Both the position numbers and the translations under genes were made by a program. A stretch of DNA of 64,000 bases, taken from positions 3,744,001 through 3,808,000 of the forward strand of contig OZ220089.1 of NCBI GenBank assembly GCA_964291625.2, written 5' to 3'. The notes under the pieces were generated by a model that had not been told where the DNA came from, did no database searches, and saw only the letters and a program-made list of their open reading frames with translations. The DNA is from Candidatus Latescibacterota bacterium. Its GTDB lineage: Bacteria > Latescibacterota > UBA2968 > UBA8231. Positions 1 to 9,301 of the stretch are shown here, one piece after another (the stretch's first letter is position 1; the number at the start of each line of letters is the position of its first letter).

Positions 1-1176
1 GATCTTGTCGGTGCCCCAGTCCGTCCAGTAGATCTTGCCCTCGGCCGCGTCCACCACCAGTCCGGCGGGATCGGTCAGCCCGGTGACCACGTCCTCGACC
101 TCGGAACCGTCCAGGTTCGACCGCTGAATCTTGTCGGTGCCCCGATCCGTCCAGTAGATCTTCAACAGTCCGCTGGCCGTCGCAGAGCCCACCAGCCCAC
201 CGATGCCGGCCGGCAGCCGCGGGTCCGTCGGGTCGATGCTGTACGTGGCGATCAGCCAGGCGTCGGCGAGGTCGACCCTGCCGTCGCCGTTGACGTCGCC
301 CAGGGAGACGTCGCCGTCGTTGGGCATCACCGTCGATGGGTCGCTGCTGTACACAAGCACGAGCAGGGCGTCGGCAAGGTCGACGCGGCGGTTGTTGTCC
401 ACGTCGCCCAGCAGTCCCCTGGTCTCGGTCGTGGAGGCCCTGGCGCGCGGGGCCTGCCTGGAGGCTTGCACCACCAGCTCGACCGGACCCGCGGCGTGCG
501 ACACCGCAAAGGCGGGGTCGACGTGGGGGACCAGTCCGCGGCCGGAGACGGTCAGGCCGTAGACGGGCGACCTCTCTCCCCCCGCGAGGCCGCTCTGCTC
601 GGCCGAGGCGGAAGGAACTCCCGCCTGTCCGTCGACCAGCACCATGCGCTCCGTCAGGCTGACACCGCCGCCCTCCATGCGGTAGAGATAGACCCCGGCG
701 GCCACGGCGCGCCCGGCGGCATCGGTGGCGTCCCAGCGGACGGTGTGGTAGCCGGGGGGCCGCACGGCGTCGACCAGCGTCGCCACGTGCTGTCCGAGGA
801 CGTTGAAGACCTCCAGCCTCACATGGGTCGAAGCCGGCACCTGGTAGGGGATGACCGTGGAAGGGTTGAAGGGATTGGGATAGTTCGCCCCCAGGCCGTA
901 GTGATCTGGCACGGCCAACCCTGTGGGCGAGGCCTGCAGAGACAGCTGGAAACGGCCGGACGCATCCGTGGCCGCCGCCAGGGGAGCCGCTCGCAGATCG
1001 GTCAGATCGTAGAGCCGCACCTGCGCCCCCGCGGCGGGTTCGCCGGAAGGCAGCCGCACCCGGCCCTCGAGTTGCGGCCCGGCTGCGGCCGCCGGCCCGG
1101 CGGCCAGCCAGGCCGCCAGGAGCAGTCTGCCCGTGATACGCGTGCGATGAGTGTCGGCCCGATTCATGCGGTCCAT
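1..1176 (-). CDS. Secreted multidomain protein (signal peptide, FlgD-Ig/T9SS-type domain, dockerin-like pair, YWTD/LDL-receptor class B repeats); runs off the window start
   Basis: Not in the ORF track; manual translation gives MDRMNR...LLLAAWLAAGPAAA, GANYPNPFNPSTVIPY, WDATDAAGRAVAAGVYLYRM, GDVDNNRRVDLADA / GDVNGDGRVDLADA and KIYWTDRGTDKIQRSNLDGS / KIYWTDWGTDKI; AGGAGG RBS upstream. Confidence 0.85.
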   Translation of the reverse strand, partial: MDRMNRADTHRTRITGRLLLAAWLAAGPAAAAGPQLEGRVRLPSGEPAAGAQVRLYDLTDLRAAPLAAATDASGRFQLSLQASPTGLAVPDHYGLGANYPNPFNPSTVIPYQVPASTHVRLEVFNVLGQHVATLVDAVRPPGYHTVRWDATDAAGRAVAAGVYLYRMEGGGVSLTERMVLVDGQAGVPSASAEQSGLAGGERSPVYGLTVSGRGLVPHVDPAFAVSHAAGPVELVVQASRQAPRARASTTETRGLLGDVDNNRRVDLADALLVLVYSSDPSTVMPNDGDVSLGDVNGDGRVDLADAWLIATYSIDPTDPRLPAGIGGLVGSATASGLLKIYWTDRGTDKIQRSNLDGSEVEDVVTGLTDPAGLVVDAAEGKIYWTDWGTDKI

Positions 1177-1313
1177 CACCTGTCCTCCTGTTCGTCCACG
1201 CCGGGTGCTGCCGGCGCGTCCTGAATGCTCGACCTGTCGCGACAGTACACGACAAGTGTAAGGACGTTCTGTGATTTGCGGTGTTGAATTCTCCGAGCGA
1301 GGCCGGCAGGGGA

Positions 1314-2099
1314 TCAGGCGGTCTCTTCCGCCGCCACCGGGTTCCGCAGCACGCCGATGCCCTCGATCTCGATCTCCACCACGTCGCCGGGCTGCACCTC
1401 GCCGACGCCGGAGGGGGTGCCGGTCATGATCACGTCGCCGGGAAGCAGGGTGACGGCGGCGCTGATGTACTCGATCAGCTCGCCCACCGTGAAGATGAGG
1501 TCCGCCGTCGACGTGGACTGCACCACCTGCCCGTTGAGGCGCGTCGTCAGCTGCAGGTCCGAGGGGTCGAGGCCGGTGGCGATCCAGGGTCCGAGGGGCT
1601 TGAAGGTGTCGAAGCCCTTGCCGATGAGCAGGCAGCCGTTGGCCATCTCCGCCTTCTGGATGACGCGCTCGCTCACGTCGTTGCCGATGGTGTAGCCGAA
1701 GACGTGGTCGAGGGCCCCCTCGGCGGAGACGCGCCGGGCGGGGGCGCCGATGACGACGGCCAGCTCGCCCTCGTAGTGGACGACGCGGCCCTGCCTCGGG
1801 TAGACGATGTCGTCGCCGGGGTTGCAGACCGCCGTCGACGGCAGGTGGAAGAGCATCGGCTGGTCGGGCTCGGGGAGGCCGCTCTCGGCGGCGTGCTCGG
1901 CGTAGTTGAGGCCGACGCCGATGAGGCGGGGGTCCGCCACCGGCGCCAGCAGGCGCACGTCGGCGAGCGCGGCCTGGTCGCCCGTACGGTGCAGTCCGTC
2001 GTAGCCGGGACCCTCCAGCAGGTCCAGCGTGTCGTCGCCGGCGAGGACCCCGTAGCGCTCCACGCCGTCGTGCTCGAAGCGGGCGATCCGCTCAGTCAT
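1314..2099 (-). CDS. Fumarylacetoacetate hydrolase family protein
   Basis: GLNYAEH, HYEGELAVVIG, GYTIGNDVSER, GKGFDTFKPLGPW, LLPGDVIMTGTPSG motifs; start moved to MTERIARF. Confidence 0.92.
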   Translation of the reverse strand: MTERIARFEHDGVERYGVLAGDDTLDLLEGPGYDGLHRTGDQAALADVRLLAPVADPRLIGVGLNYAEHAAESGLPEPDQPMLFHLPSTAVCNPGDDIVYPRQGRVVHYEGELAVVIGAPARRVSAEGALDHVFGYTIGNDVSERVIQKAEMANGCLLIGKGFDTFKPLGPWIATGLDPSDLQLTTRLNGQVVQSTSTADLIFTVGELIEYISAAVTLLPGDVIMTGTPSGVGEVQPGDVVEIEIEGIGVLRNPVAAEETA

Positions 2100-3021
2100 C
2101 TTCCTCCACCTCCTCCTTGATTCGCCGGTGTTGTCCCGGCAGGTCGGCGGCCTCGGCGCCGCCGTCGTGGACGACCAGGCGCAGGCCGGATGCAAACTCG
2201 GCGCCGCGCTTCACGGCCACGGCCGCGGCGGCGCAGGGGTTCACCGTCATGGTGCCCCAGTCGGTGACGTACCAGGGGTGGCCCGCCGTGTCCCGGTGGG
2301 GCATGAGGGCCACGCCGGCGGTCCGTTCCCCGCCGGCCGGACCGGAGCAGTCCACCCAGTCGGAGACGGTTCCGCTGACGGCATCGGGCCCCCGGCGGCC
2401 CTCCGCGTCCGTCACCTGCCCTCCGTGGCTCGGACGCAGGCCCTCGGCCAGGCGCACGCCGAACCAGGCGTGGCGCGTCGGGCCGATTTCGAGGTTCCAC
2501 TCCGTGGGGGTCAGGCGGGAGCGCAGGTCGACTACGTTGGCCCCGTCGAGGGGGCGCACGTCGATGACACGCTCCTCGGCGGCCACCACCCGCCCCTCGG
2601 GCGCCCCCCACTCGCGGGGCCCGCGCCACCGCAGCCGCTGGGTCAGCCGCAGGCGCCCCTCGCCGCGCTCCTCGTGCTCCAGGCCGACGGCCTCGATGCG
2701 CCCCGGGGCCCGCCCCTGGAAGGTGTCGTTCACGTAGAAGTTGTAGGTCCCCGGCTCGCTGTCGCCGCCGGCGAAGGGCAGCTCCGCCACGACGCGGTCG
2801 GCGGCGATCCAGACCGAGTTGTGGTGGGGGTGGTCGACGGGGCTCTCCGAGGTGACGGGCACGCCGGAGGGGGTGTACACGGGATAGAGGTAGGCGCGGA
2901 AGGGGCCCTGGCTCAGGGAGAAGAGGTGCTTGCCTCGGAAGCGCACGTCGGTGCGGCGGCTGAGGGCGGAGGCGCCGGACGGCAGGGCCACCGCCTCGTC
3001 GCCGACCGAGAACGACTTCAT
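2092..3021 (-). CDS. PmoA-like (DUF6807-type) protein
   Basis: YLYPVYTPSG..VT...PVDHPHHNSVW and WVDCSG motifs; ATG overlaps the upstream stop (ATGA). Confidence 0.7.
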   Translation of the reverse strand: MKSFSVGDEAVALPSGASALSRRTDVRFRGKHLFSLSQGPFRAYLYPVYTPSGVPVTSESPVDHPHHNSVWIAADRVVAELPFAGGDSEPGTYNFYVNDTFQGRAPGRIEAVGLEHEERGEGRLRLTQRLRWRGPREWGAPEGRVVAAEERVIDVRPLDGANVVDLRSRLTPTEWNLEIGPTRHAWFGVRLAEGLRPSHGGQVTDAEGRRGPDAVSGTVSDWVDCSGPAGGERTAGVALMPHRDTAGHPWYVTDWGTMTVNPCAAAAVAVKRGAEFASGLRLVVHDGGAEAADLPGQHRRIKEEVEEDD

Positions 3022-3860
3022 CCCCGCTCGACGCCGGCCCCGTCGAAGGCCCGGGTCATCGAGTCGTAGCTGATCCTGGCGGCCGCTGCCGCGTCGTAGT
3101 CGTCGCGCCCCCAGATGCGGCCGCTCACCTCCAGGGTGAGGAAGCCCCGCCATCCTCCGGCGGCCATGGCCCTCACGTAGGCGGCGGCGTCGAGGTCCCC
3201 CTGTCCGAGGAGGAGCAGGTCGAAGCCGCCGCCTGCGTGGCGGCGGGCGTCGGTGACGTGGGTGTGGCCGGTGATCGGCAGCAGGCGCTCCACGGCCCCG
3301 GTCTCGTCCTCGCCGGCCAAGTAGAAGTGGACGATGTCGAAGTGCAGGCGCACCGCCGGGCTGCCGACGCTCCCGATCGCCCATAGGGCGCGCTCCGAGC
3401 GGTCCACGGCGGCGCCGCAGTGGGCCTCGGCGGCGACCAGGAACCCCTCCTCCTCCGCCAGCCGTCCGTAGTCGCCGAGCTGGTCGACGATTCGGCCCTT
3501 CACATCCTCCCACTGGCCGCTGCGGCCGCCGATGCCGAGGGCGACGACGGGATGCTCGGCACCGAGGTCCCGGGCGAGCCCGGCGCAGCGCCGTACGTGC
3601 TCCTGCGTGCGGCGGTGGCCGTCCTGGTCCTCGGCGAGCACGTGGCCGGAGGTGAATACGGCGGGGATGCCCAGGCCCAGCCGCTGGAGCAGCTCGCGCA
3701 GCCGCAGGCGCCGGGCGGCGTCCATCTCCGCCGGCATGGAGGCGGCGTGCCGCGGGCTGACGCAGACCTCCACGCCGTCGTAGCCGATCTTCGCCAGCAG
3801 CGGCGCCGCCTGCTCCAGGGGCAGGTCGGGCGTGGCGTAAGTGCCGTAGGCGATGCGCAC
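3018..3860 (-). CDS. Sugar phosphate isomerase/epimerase (xylose-isomerase-like TIM barrel)
   Basis: IGYDGVE, EAH, FDIVH, HTHVTD, LGQGDLD, TLE motifs. Confidence 0.85.
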   Translation of the reverse strand: MRIAYGTYATPDLPLEQAAPLLAKIGYDGVEVCVSPRHAASMPAEMDAARRLRLRELLQRLGLGIPAVFTSGHVLAEDQDGHRRTQEHVRRCAGLARDLGAEHPVVALGIGGRSGQWEDVKGRIVDQLGDYGRLAEEEGFLVAAEAHCGAAVDRSERALWAIGSVGSPAVRLHFDIVHFYLAGEDETGAVERLLPITGHTHVTDARRHAGGGFDLLLLGQGDLDAAAYVRAMAAGGWRGFLTLEVSGRIWGRDDYDAAAAARISYDSMTRAFDGAGVERG

Positions 3861-3864
3861 CCGG

Positions 3865-4389
3865 TTAGCCGCCCGCCGCCTCCCCGGTCTCGACGACGCC
3901 GCAGCGGAGCATGGCGGAGCCGTAGTAGGGGTTCATGATCTCCCCCTCCGACTGGATCCAGCGTCCGCCCTCGTTATCGAAGGCCATGGGGCAGAAAGCC
4001 ACCTGCAGGCCTTCGGGAAGAGGGGACTCGATCAGCTTCGCCGACAGGCCCCGGAAGGCGAGGCGGGCGCCGTCGAGGTCCGCGGCCTGAGCCGCCGACT
4101 CGGCCAGGGGGCGCAGGTCGTCGGTGGCGTGTCCGGCGAGGGCCGTCAGGGCGGCGGCGGCCTCGTCGAAGCGGTCGTGGGCGAGGGCGTCCTGGGCCCG
4201 CAGGTAGGCGCGGACCACGCCGGCGGGCCGGTCGTCGAAGCGCTGAGCGTTGTAGGCGTCCGCCTCCGGCTCGGCGGCGGGAGCCTCGGCGGCGGGCGGG
4301 TCCGCCGGCTCGGAGGCGCAGCCGGCGATCAGGGCGGCCGCGGCGAAGGCGGCGGCCAGGGTGGTCGGAAGGGTCGAGGGGATGCGCAT
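3865..4389 (-). CDS. DUF3347-type metal-binding lipoprotein
   Basis: Lipobox LIAGC; YL..QDALA.D helix; C-terminal CPMAF...W......NPYYGSAMLRCG. Confidence 0.8.
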   Translation of the reverse strand: MRIPSTLPTTLAAAFAAAALIAGCASEPADPPAAEAPAAEPEADAYNAQRFDDRPAGVVRAYLRAQDALAHDRFDEAAAALTALAGHATDDLRPLAESAAQAADLDGARLAFRGLSAKLIESPLPEGLQVAFCPMAFDNEGGRWIQSEGEIMNPYYGSAMLRCGVVETGEAAGG

Positions 4390-4400
4390 GATTCGCTCCT

Positions 4401-5129
4401 TCAGGCGTGGGCCAGGGGGAAGGTGCCCAGGTAGCCACGGGGCCGCGACACGAACCAGGCGGCCTCGTGCATCGGCGTCACCTGGTAGTGGCAGACCACG
4501 TTGGAGCGCTCCATGTCGTCGCGCTCCTTGGCGCCCTGGTGGGGGATGTGGCTCAGGAAGACGACGCAGTCGCCGGCCTTCGGGTACAGGACCACGTGCT
4601 CCTGCGCCTCGCACCAGGCCTCGAACCGCGGCCGGTCCATCGGCTCCAGGTGGGGCGGCTCGGAGAGGTGGCCGTCCCTGATGAACTTCAGGTGCCCCTC
4701 GCCGGGGGCGTTGTCCTGGAAGTAGAAGGTGGTGTTCACCCCCGTCGGCGGCACCGCCAGCCGCGCGCCGTCGAGGCGCCGCCGCTCGTGCCAGTAGCCG
4801 TAGAAGTCCATGTGCCACTCCTGCACGTAGGCCCCGGGATTGATGTGGGCCCGGAAGCTGCGCAGCTGGCACTGGGGCCCCATCAGGCCTTCGAGGACGG
4901 GGGCCACGCCGGGGTGCGCCACCAGGGGGGCGAAGCTCTCCGGCTCGCGGTCGAGGAGGGTATCGAACCACATGTTGCCCACCTCGTTCAGGCCCTCCTC
5001 CCAGCCCTGGGCGCGGGCGTGGTCGATGCGCCGCCGCACGTGGTCCGTCTCCTGCGGCGTGAGGACGCCCTCCAGGAGGAGGAATCCGTCGCGCTCCAGC
5101 TCGTCCAGCCGCTGATCCAGGTCTTGCAA
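4401..5129 (-). CDS. Phytanoyl-CoA dioxygenase (PhyH) family protein
   Basis: ERDGFLLLEGVL, WHMD, KAGDCVVF...H..., R; TTG start with GGAG RBS. Confidence 0.85.
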   Translation of the reverse strand: MQDLDQRLDELERDGFLLLEGVLTPQETDHVRRRIDHARAQGWEEGLNEVGNMWFDTLLDREPESFAPLVAHPGVAPVLEGLMGPQCQLRSFRAHINPGAYVQEWHMDFYGYWHERRRLDGARLAVPPTGVNTTFYFQDNAPGEGHLKFIRDGHLSEPPHLEPMDRPRFEAWCEAQEHVVLYPKAGDCVVFLSHIPHQGAKERDDMERSNVVCHYQVTPMHEAAWFVSRPRGYLGTFPLAHA

Positions 5130-5770
5130 GGTTCGACTCCTGTCGGTGGGTCGGTACTGTCCCTTCCGACTGGAATATAGCCGCACGGAGGATCGTGCGT
5201 CAGGAGCCCGCCGGCAGGACCGAGGGGTAGCGACAGGCGGTTGCACTCCCTTGGGATCTTGTCACGAAGCAGATGGTGCGTCCCGGTGTTCCGCGGTCGG
5301 CCGGATCGTGTTGTTCCAATTCCCCGGTGTCCACCGAAATGACCGGATGGCCCTGCTCATTGCGAGGGTTAGGGGAGCCGGGTATCTTGGGCTAGGGGTC
5401 AGCTGCCATGCCGAAGGCGGGACCCTTGGGCGCCTCTGGATGAGCGCCGCTGTGACGGGACACGTCTCAAGGAAGATGCAGAGGATGCAGGCTCTGATGT
5501 CCTGCAAACGCGCCAAGGAAAGGCAGAGACCGCCGGAGCAGAGACCGATGGCGATAGCAGATCAGGACAGCGAGCAGGGACAGCGGCAGGATCGACTGAA
5601 AGACGCTTTGAACACTGGGAGATGAGTCGGAGTCTGTCCGCGTCGGCGGAGCCCATGAGCTGTCTCATCTTCAATCCGCTTCGTGAAGTCGGAAGGGTCG
5701 TTGCCTCACAAGGTCACAAGTACCGACAGCAAGGGTCACGCAACGCAAAGGGCGGCGAGGAAGGAAAAAG

Positions 5771-5940
5771 GTGCAAACGATAGCACCGAGCGGACCAGAG
5801 GGACGTGAGGAATCTCCGAGAGTTCCGGTGCCGGCACGGAACTGCAAACGATCGTATGCCCTCCGTTCACAGGGCGGATCACAGACGGGAAGAGAGGCCA
5901 GACGGTCCTCCGGAAACAGCTTCCCTCTGCAAACGATGGA
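5771..5940. promoter_or_regulatory. Three LacI/GalR-type operator-like sites (TGCAAACGAT core)
   Basis: GTGCAAACGATAGCAC 5771-5786, TGCAAACGATCGTA 5843-5856, TGCAAACGATGGA 5928-5940, upstream of a LacI-family gene. Confidence 0.6.
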
Positions 5941-6129
5941 ACCCATCCATCCGTGAAGGGGCGGGAGGGCAGGTGCCGCAGCGACCCACCGACATGGACG
6001 GCCGCCTCGGCCGAGGGTGGGGCAGCGGTTCCTTGACATCCATAGGCGGACCCCTAGTTCCTTGGAGCTGAGTTGAGCCCTTGGGGACAACGGGCGGGTG
6101 CGCAGGTTCCGGCTTCCGGGCAGAGACCA

Positions 6130-7176
6130 ATGGAATCGAAGCAGACGGGAAAGAGGCAGGTTACCATCAAGGATATCGCACGGGAGTCGGGGATCTCGTA
6201 CTCCACCGTCTCGCGGGCTCTTTCCCAGGATCCGAAGGTGTCGGCACTGGTGGCGGCCAAGACCAGGAAACTGGTGAGGAGGGTAGCCGCCGACCTGGAC
6301 TACAATCCCAATCTGATCGCCCAGGGGATCGTCAAGGGCCGGACGAGCACCATGGGGCTGCTCACCTACGAGATCTCGCGGGAGCCCTTCGGGCCCCAGG
6401 CCGATCACATTCTGAGAGCGGCTGAAAGACAGCGGTACCAGGTGCTGATCGCCATGTGTGTTCCCGGGAGGCACGGCAACGCCGACGTTCGCCAGATCAA
6501 GCAGCTCCTCTCCCGGCGGGTGGAGGGTCTGTTCATTCATACGAGGGGAGCAGAAGGAGAGGGGGCGCGGATTCTGAGCGCCGTGGGCGGACGGGTTCCG
6601 GTGGTGACGTTCCATCACCCCATGGCGGATCTGAGTGGCGTCGTGCTGGACGAGAGGGCGGGATTCTACGAGGCCACGGAGCACTTGATCCGGCTGGGCC
6701 ACCAGCAGGTCGGGTTCATCGGAGCGAGGTGGGACCGGGACAATACGGGCTCCGCCAAGGCCAAGGGGTACTGGCAGGCGATGCGCAAGCATCGCCTCAC
6801 TCCCCACCGCATATCCGGACAGACCTTTCCGGCCATGCCCACCTCCCGTCTGGGGAAGTCTCTCGGCGACCGGTTCACCGCCCTCGTGTGCCGCAACGAC
6901 TACACGGCCCTCTGTGCCTGTCGAGCGCTCCGGGAAGCGGGGTTCCGCATTCCCGAGGATGTAGCCGTCATCGGGAGCGGGGATATCGGGGCGGCGGCCT
7001 ATCTCAAGCCGGCGCTGACGACGATCGAGATCCCCCACGAGGAACTGGCCGAGGCGGCGATGGAACTGATGCTGGAACAGCTTCGGGGCCGGGAGGATCG
7101 CCGTCAGACCGTCCTCAAGTCCCGCCTGATCGTGCGCGAATCCTGCGGGGGGAGCGACCACAAGCCCCCGTCCTGA
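6130..7176 (+). CDS. LacI-family transcriptional regulator
   Basis: VTIKDIARESGISYSTVSRAL HTH, YNPN hinge, IPEDVAVIG, PALTTI. Confidence 0.95.
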   Translation: MESKQTGKRQVTIKDIARESGISYSTVSRALSQDPKVSALVAAKTRKLVRRVAADLDYNPNLIAQGIVKGRTSTMGLLTYEISREPFGPQADHILRAAERQRYQVLIAMCVPGRHGNADVRQIKQLLSRRVEGLFIHTRGAEGEGARILSAVGGRVPVVTFHHPMADLSGVVLDERAGFYEATEHLIRLGHQQVGFIGARWDRDNTGSAKAKGYWQAMRKHRLTPHRISGQTFPAMPTSRLGKSLGDRFTALVCRNDYTALCACRALREAGFRIPEDVAVIGSGDIGAAAYLKPALTTIEIPHEELAEAAMELMLEQLRGREDRRQTVLKSRLIVRESCGGSDHKPPS

Positions 7177-7250
7177 GGCGCCGCACCATCGGTTGCCGGG
7201 TTGTTCCCGCGGTCCGGCGCCCCTATCTCTTCGGGAAACCCGAAGGGATG

Positions 7251-8333
7251 ATGCAGATGACCACCCCCTCCGCCGATGTCCTCGGCCGGGCCGCCGGCCT
7301 CCTCTCCGACAGCGTCGCCGCCGGCCGCGTCACCGCCGCCAGCCTCACCGTCGCCCGCCACGGACGCCTCGTGCTCTCCCGCGGCTTCGGGACCCTGCGT
7401 CCGGAGCCGGGAGCCCCGCCGGTGGAGCCCGACTCCACCTTCCTCCTGGCCTCGATCACCAAGCCGGTCACGGCCTGCGCCGTGATGCTCCTCGTCGACC
7501 GGGGACTCGTCTCCCTCGACGATCCGGTGCAGCTCCACCTCCCCGAGTTCCGCGGCTGGGACAAGGCCCGCATCCGCGTGCGCGACGTCCTCTCCCACAT
7601 CTCCGGCCTGCCCGACATGCTGCCGCAGAACGTGCTCCTGCGCCGCCGCCACGCCACCATCGCCGAGTTCGTCCAGGGCGCCGTCCACGCGAAGCTGCTC
7701 TTCCGGCCGCGCACCGGCTTCCGCTACCAGAGCAAGGGCATCCTGCTGGCCGCCGAGATCGTCGAGCGGGTCACCGGCGAGCACCTGCGCGACTTCGAGC
7801 GGCGGGAGATCTTCGAGCCCCTGGGCATGGGGCGAAGCTGCCTCGGTCTGGGGGATTACGCCATCGAGGATACGGTCTGGTCCGGCACCTCCATGGAGCT
7901 CGACGCCGACGGCCGCCGCTTCGGACCCAACTCGCCGTACTGGCGCGACTTCGGCTGCCCCTGGGGCGGTATGCACTCCACCGGGCCCGACCTGGCCGTG
8001 CTGCTGCAGTGCATGCTCAACGGCGGGGAGTACGGCGGCGCCCGCCTCTTCAGCCGCGCCGCCGCCGCGGCCATGGTCCGCGACCAGAACCCGCCGCACC
8101 TCGAGTCCCCCTGGGGCCTGGGCTGGGCCCTGCGCGACTCGAAGTCGTGGGCCTACTTCGGCGAGCAGGTCTCGGCGGGCACCTTCGGCCACGTGGGCGC
8201 CACCGGCACCGTCGCCTGGGCCGACCCCGACTCGGGGCTGATCTGCGTCTGCCTGACCAACCAGATGGTCGACGGCGGCGCCCTGCTGCGGCGGGTCTCC
8301 AACGTCGTCGCCGCCTCCGTCGAGGCAGACTGA
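7251..8333 (+). CDS. Serine hydrolase, beta-lactamase-like family
   Basis: FLLASITK (SxxK), LSHISGLP, FRYQS, FGHVGATG; exact start uncertain (7248/7251/7257). Confidence 0.9.
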   Translation: MQMTTPSADVLGRAAGLLSDSVAAGRVTAASLTVARHGRLVLSRGFGTLRPEPGAPPVEPDSTFLLASITKPVTACAVMLLVDRGLVSLDDPVQLHLPEFRGWDKARIRVRDVLSHISGLPDMLPQNVLLRRRHATIAEFVQGAVHAKLLFRPRTGFRYQSKGILLAAEIVERVTGEHLRDFERREIFEPLGMGRSCLGLGDYAIEDTVWSGTSMELDADGRRFGPNSPYWRDFGCPWGGMHSTGPDLAVLLQCMLNGGEYGGARLFSRAAAAAMVRDQNPPHLESPWGLGWALRDSKSWAYFGEQVSAGTFGHVGATGTVAWADPDSGLICVCLTNQMVDGGALLRRVSNVVAASVEAD

Positions 8334-8337
8334 TCCC

Positions 8338-9297
8338 GTGCTGGACCGGAGGATCCTGGGCCGCACCGGGATCGAGGTCACCAGCCTCGGCGTGGGCGGC
8401 TTCCTCGGCCTGCTCCTCGACCCGGAGGCGACACCGGCGCAGTGCGAGGAGGCCGGCGTCGAGGCGGTCCGCCGCGCCGTCGAGCTGGGGGTGCGCTACT
8501 TCGACACCTCGCCGGCCTACGGCAACGGCCTCTCCGAGGGCCATCTCGGCGCCGGGCTGGCGGCCCTCGACCCGAGGGTGCGCGCCGGCCTCACCGTGTC
8601 GACCAAGGTCGGCACCCATCCCGAGCGCCGCTACGCGTACGGGGCCGACGACGTGCGCTGGTGCTTCGAGGCCAGCCGCGAGCGGCTCGGCGCCATCGAT
8701 GTGGTCCTGGTCCACGACCCCGCCGCCGACGAGCACCTCGACACCATCCTCGGCCCGGGCGGGGCCTTCGATGCCCTGGAGGAGCTGAAGGCCGCCGGCG
8801 AGATCCGCGCCATCGGTCTGGGCGTGCGCCCCCACCGCTTCCTGCGGCGGGCCATGGAGTCCGGCCGCGCCGACGTCATCCTGCCCTCGTACGACTACCA
8901 CCTGATCCGGAGGTCCGCGGCGCCGCTGCTGGCCGAGGCCGCCGAGGCCGGCGTGGGGGTGATCAACGGTTCCCCCTACCAGTCGGGCCTGCTCGCCAGC
9001 GTCGATCTGGACCGGGAGGCGAGCCGTTGGCGGCCGCAGCACCCCGACGTGGCGCGGGCCCGGGGGATCGCCGCCTGGTGCGCGGAGAAGGGCCTCGACG
9101 TGGGCGCCGTGGCGGTGCAGTTCAGCCTGCGCGAGCCCCGCATCGACGCCACCCTGGTGGGACCGCGGACGGCGGCGGAGGTGGAGTCCTGCCTGGGCCA
9201 CGCCGCCGCCGAGCTGCCCGAGGGGATCTGGGAGGAGCTGGAGGGGTTCCTCGCCCAGCTGCAGCCGCCCCCGGAGCCCGGGGGGGAGGCCCGCTGA
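8338..9297 (+). CDS. Aldo/keto reductase
   Basis: LGRTGIEVT.LG.G, FDTSPAYGNG.SE, STKVG, LVHDP. Confidence 0.92.
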   Translation: MLDRRILGRTGIEVTSLGVGGFLGLLLDPEATPAQCEEAGVEAVRRAVELGVRYFDTSPAYGNGLSEGHLGAGLAALDPRVRAGLTVSTKVGTHPERRYAYGADDVRWCFEASRERLGAIDVVLVHDPAADEHLDTILGPGGAFDALEELKAAGEIRAIGLGVRPHRFLRRAMESGRADVILPSYDYHLIRRSAAPLLAEAAEAGVGVINGSPYQSGLLASVDLDREASRWRPQHPDVARARGIAAWCAEKGLDVGAVAVQFSLREPRIDATLVGPRTAAEVESCLGHAAAELPEGIWEELEGFLAQLQPPPEPGGEAR

Positions 9298-9301
9298 GGG
9301 C

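Noticed and set aside
2092-3021. Methane monooxygenase interpretation of the PmoA-like gene
   Set aside because: Soluble protein in a sugar-catabolic operon with no pmoB/pmoC; the family name is misleading
5262-5674. Short minus-strand ORFs in the lacI upstream gap
   Set aside because: No RBS, atypical codon usage, no recognisable motif
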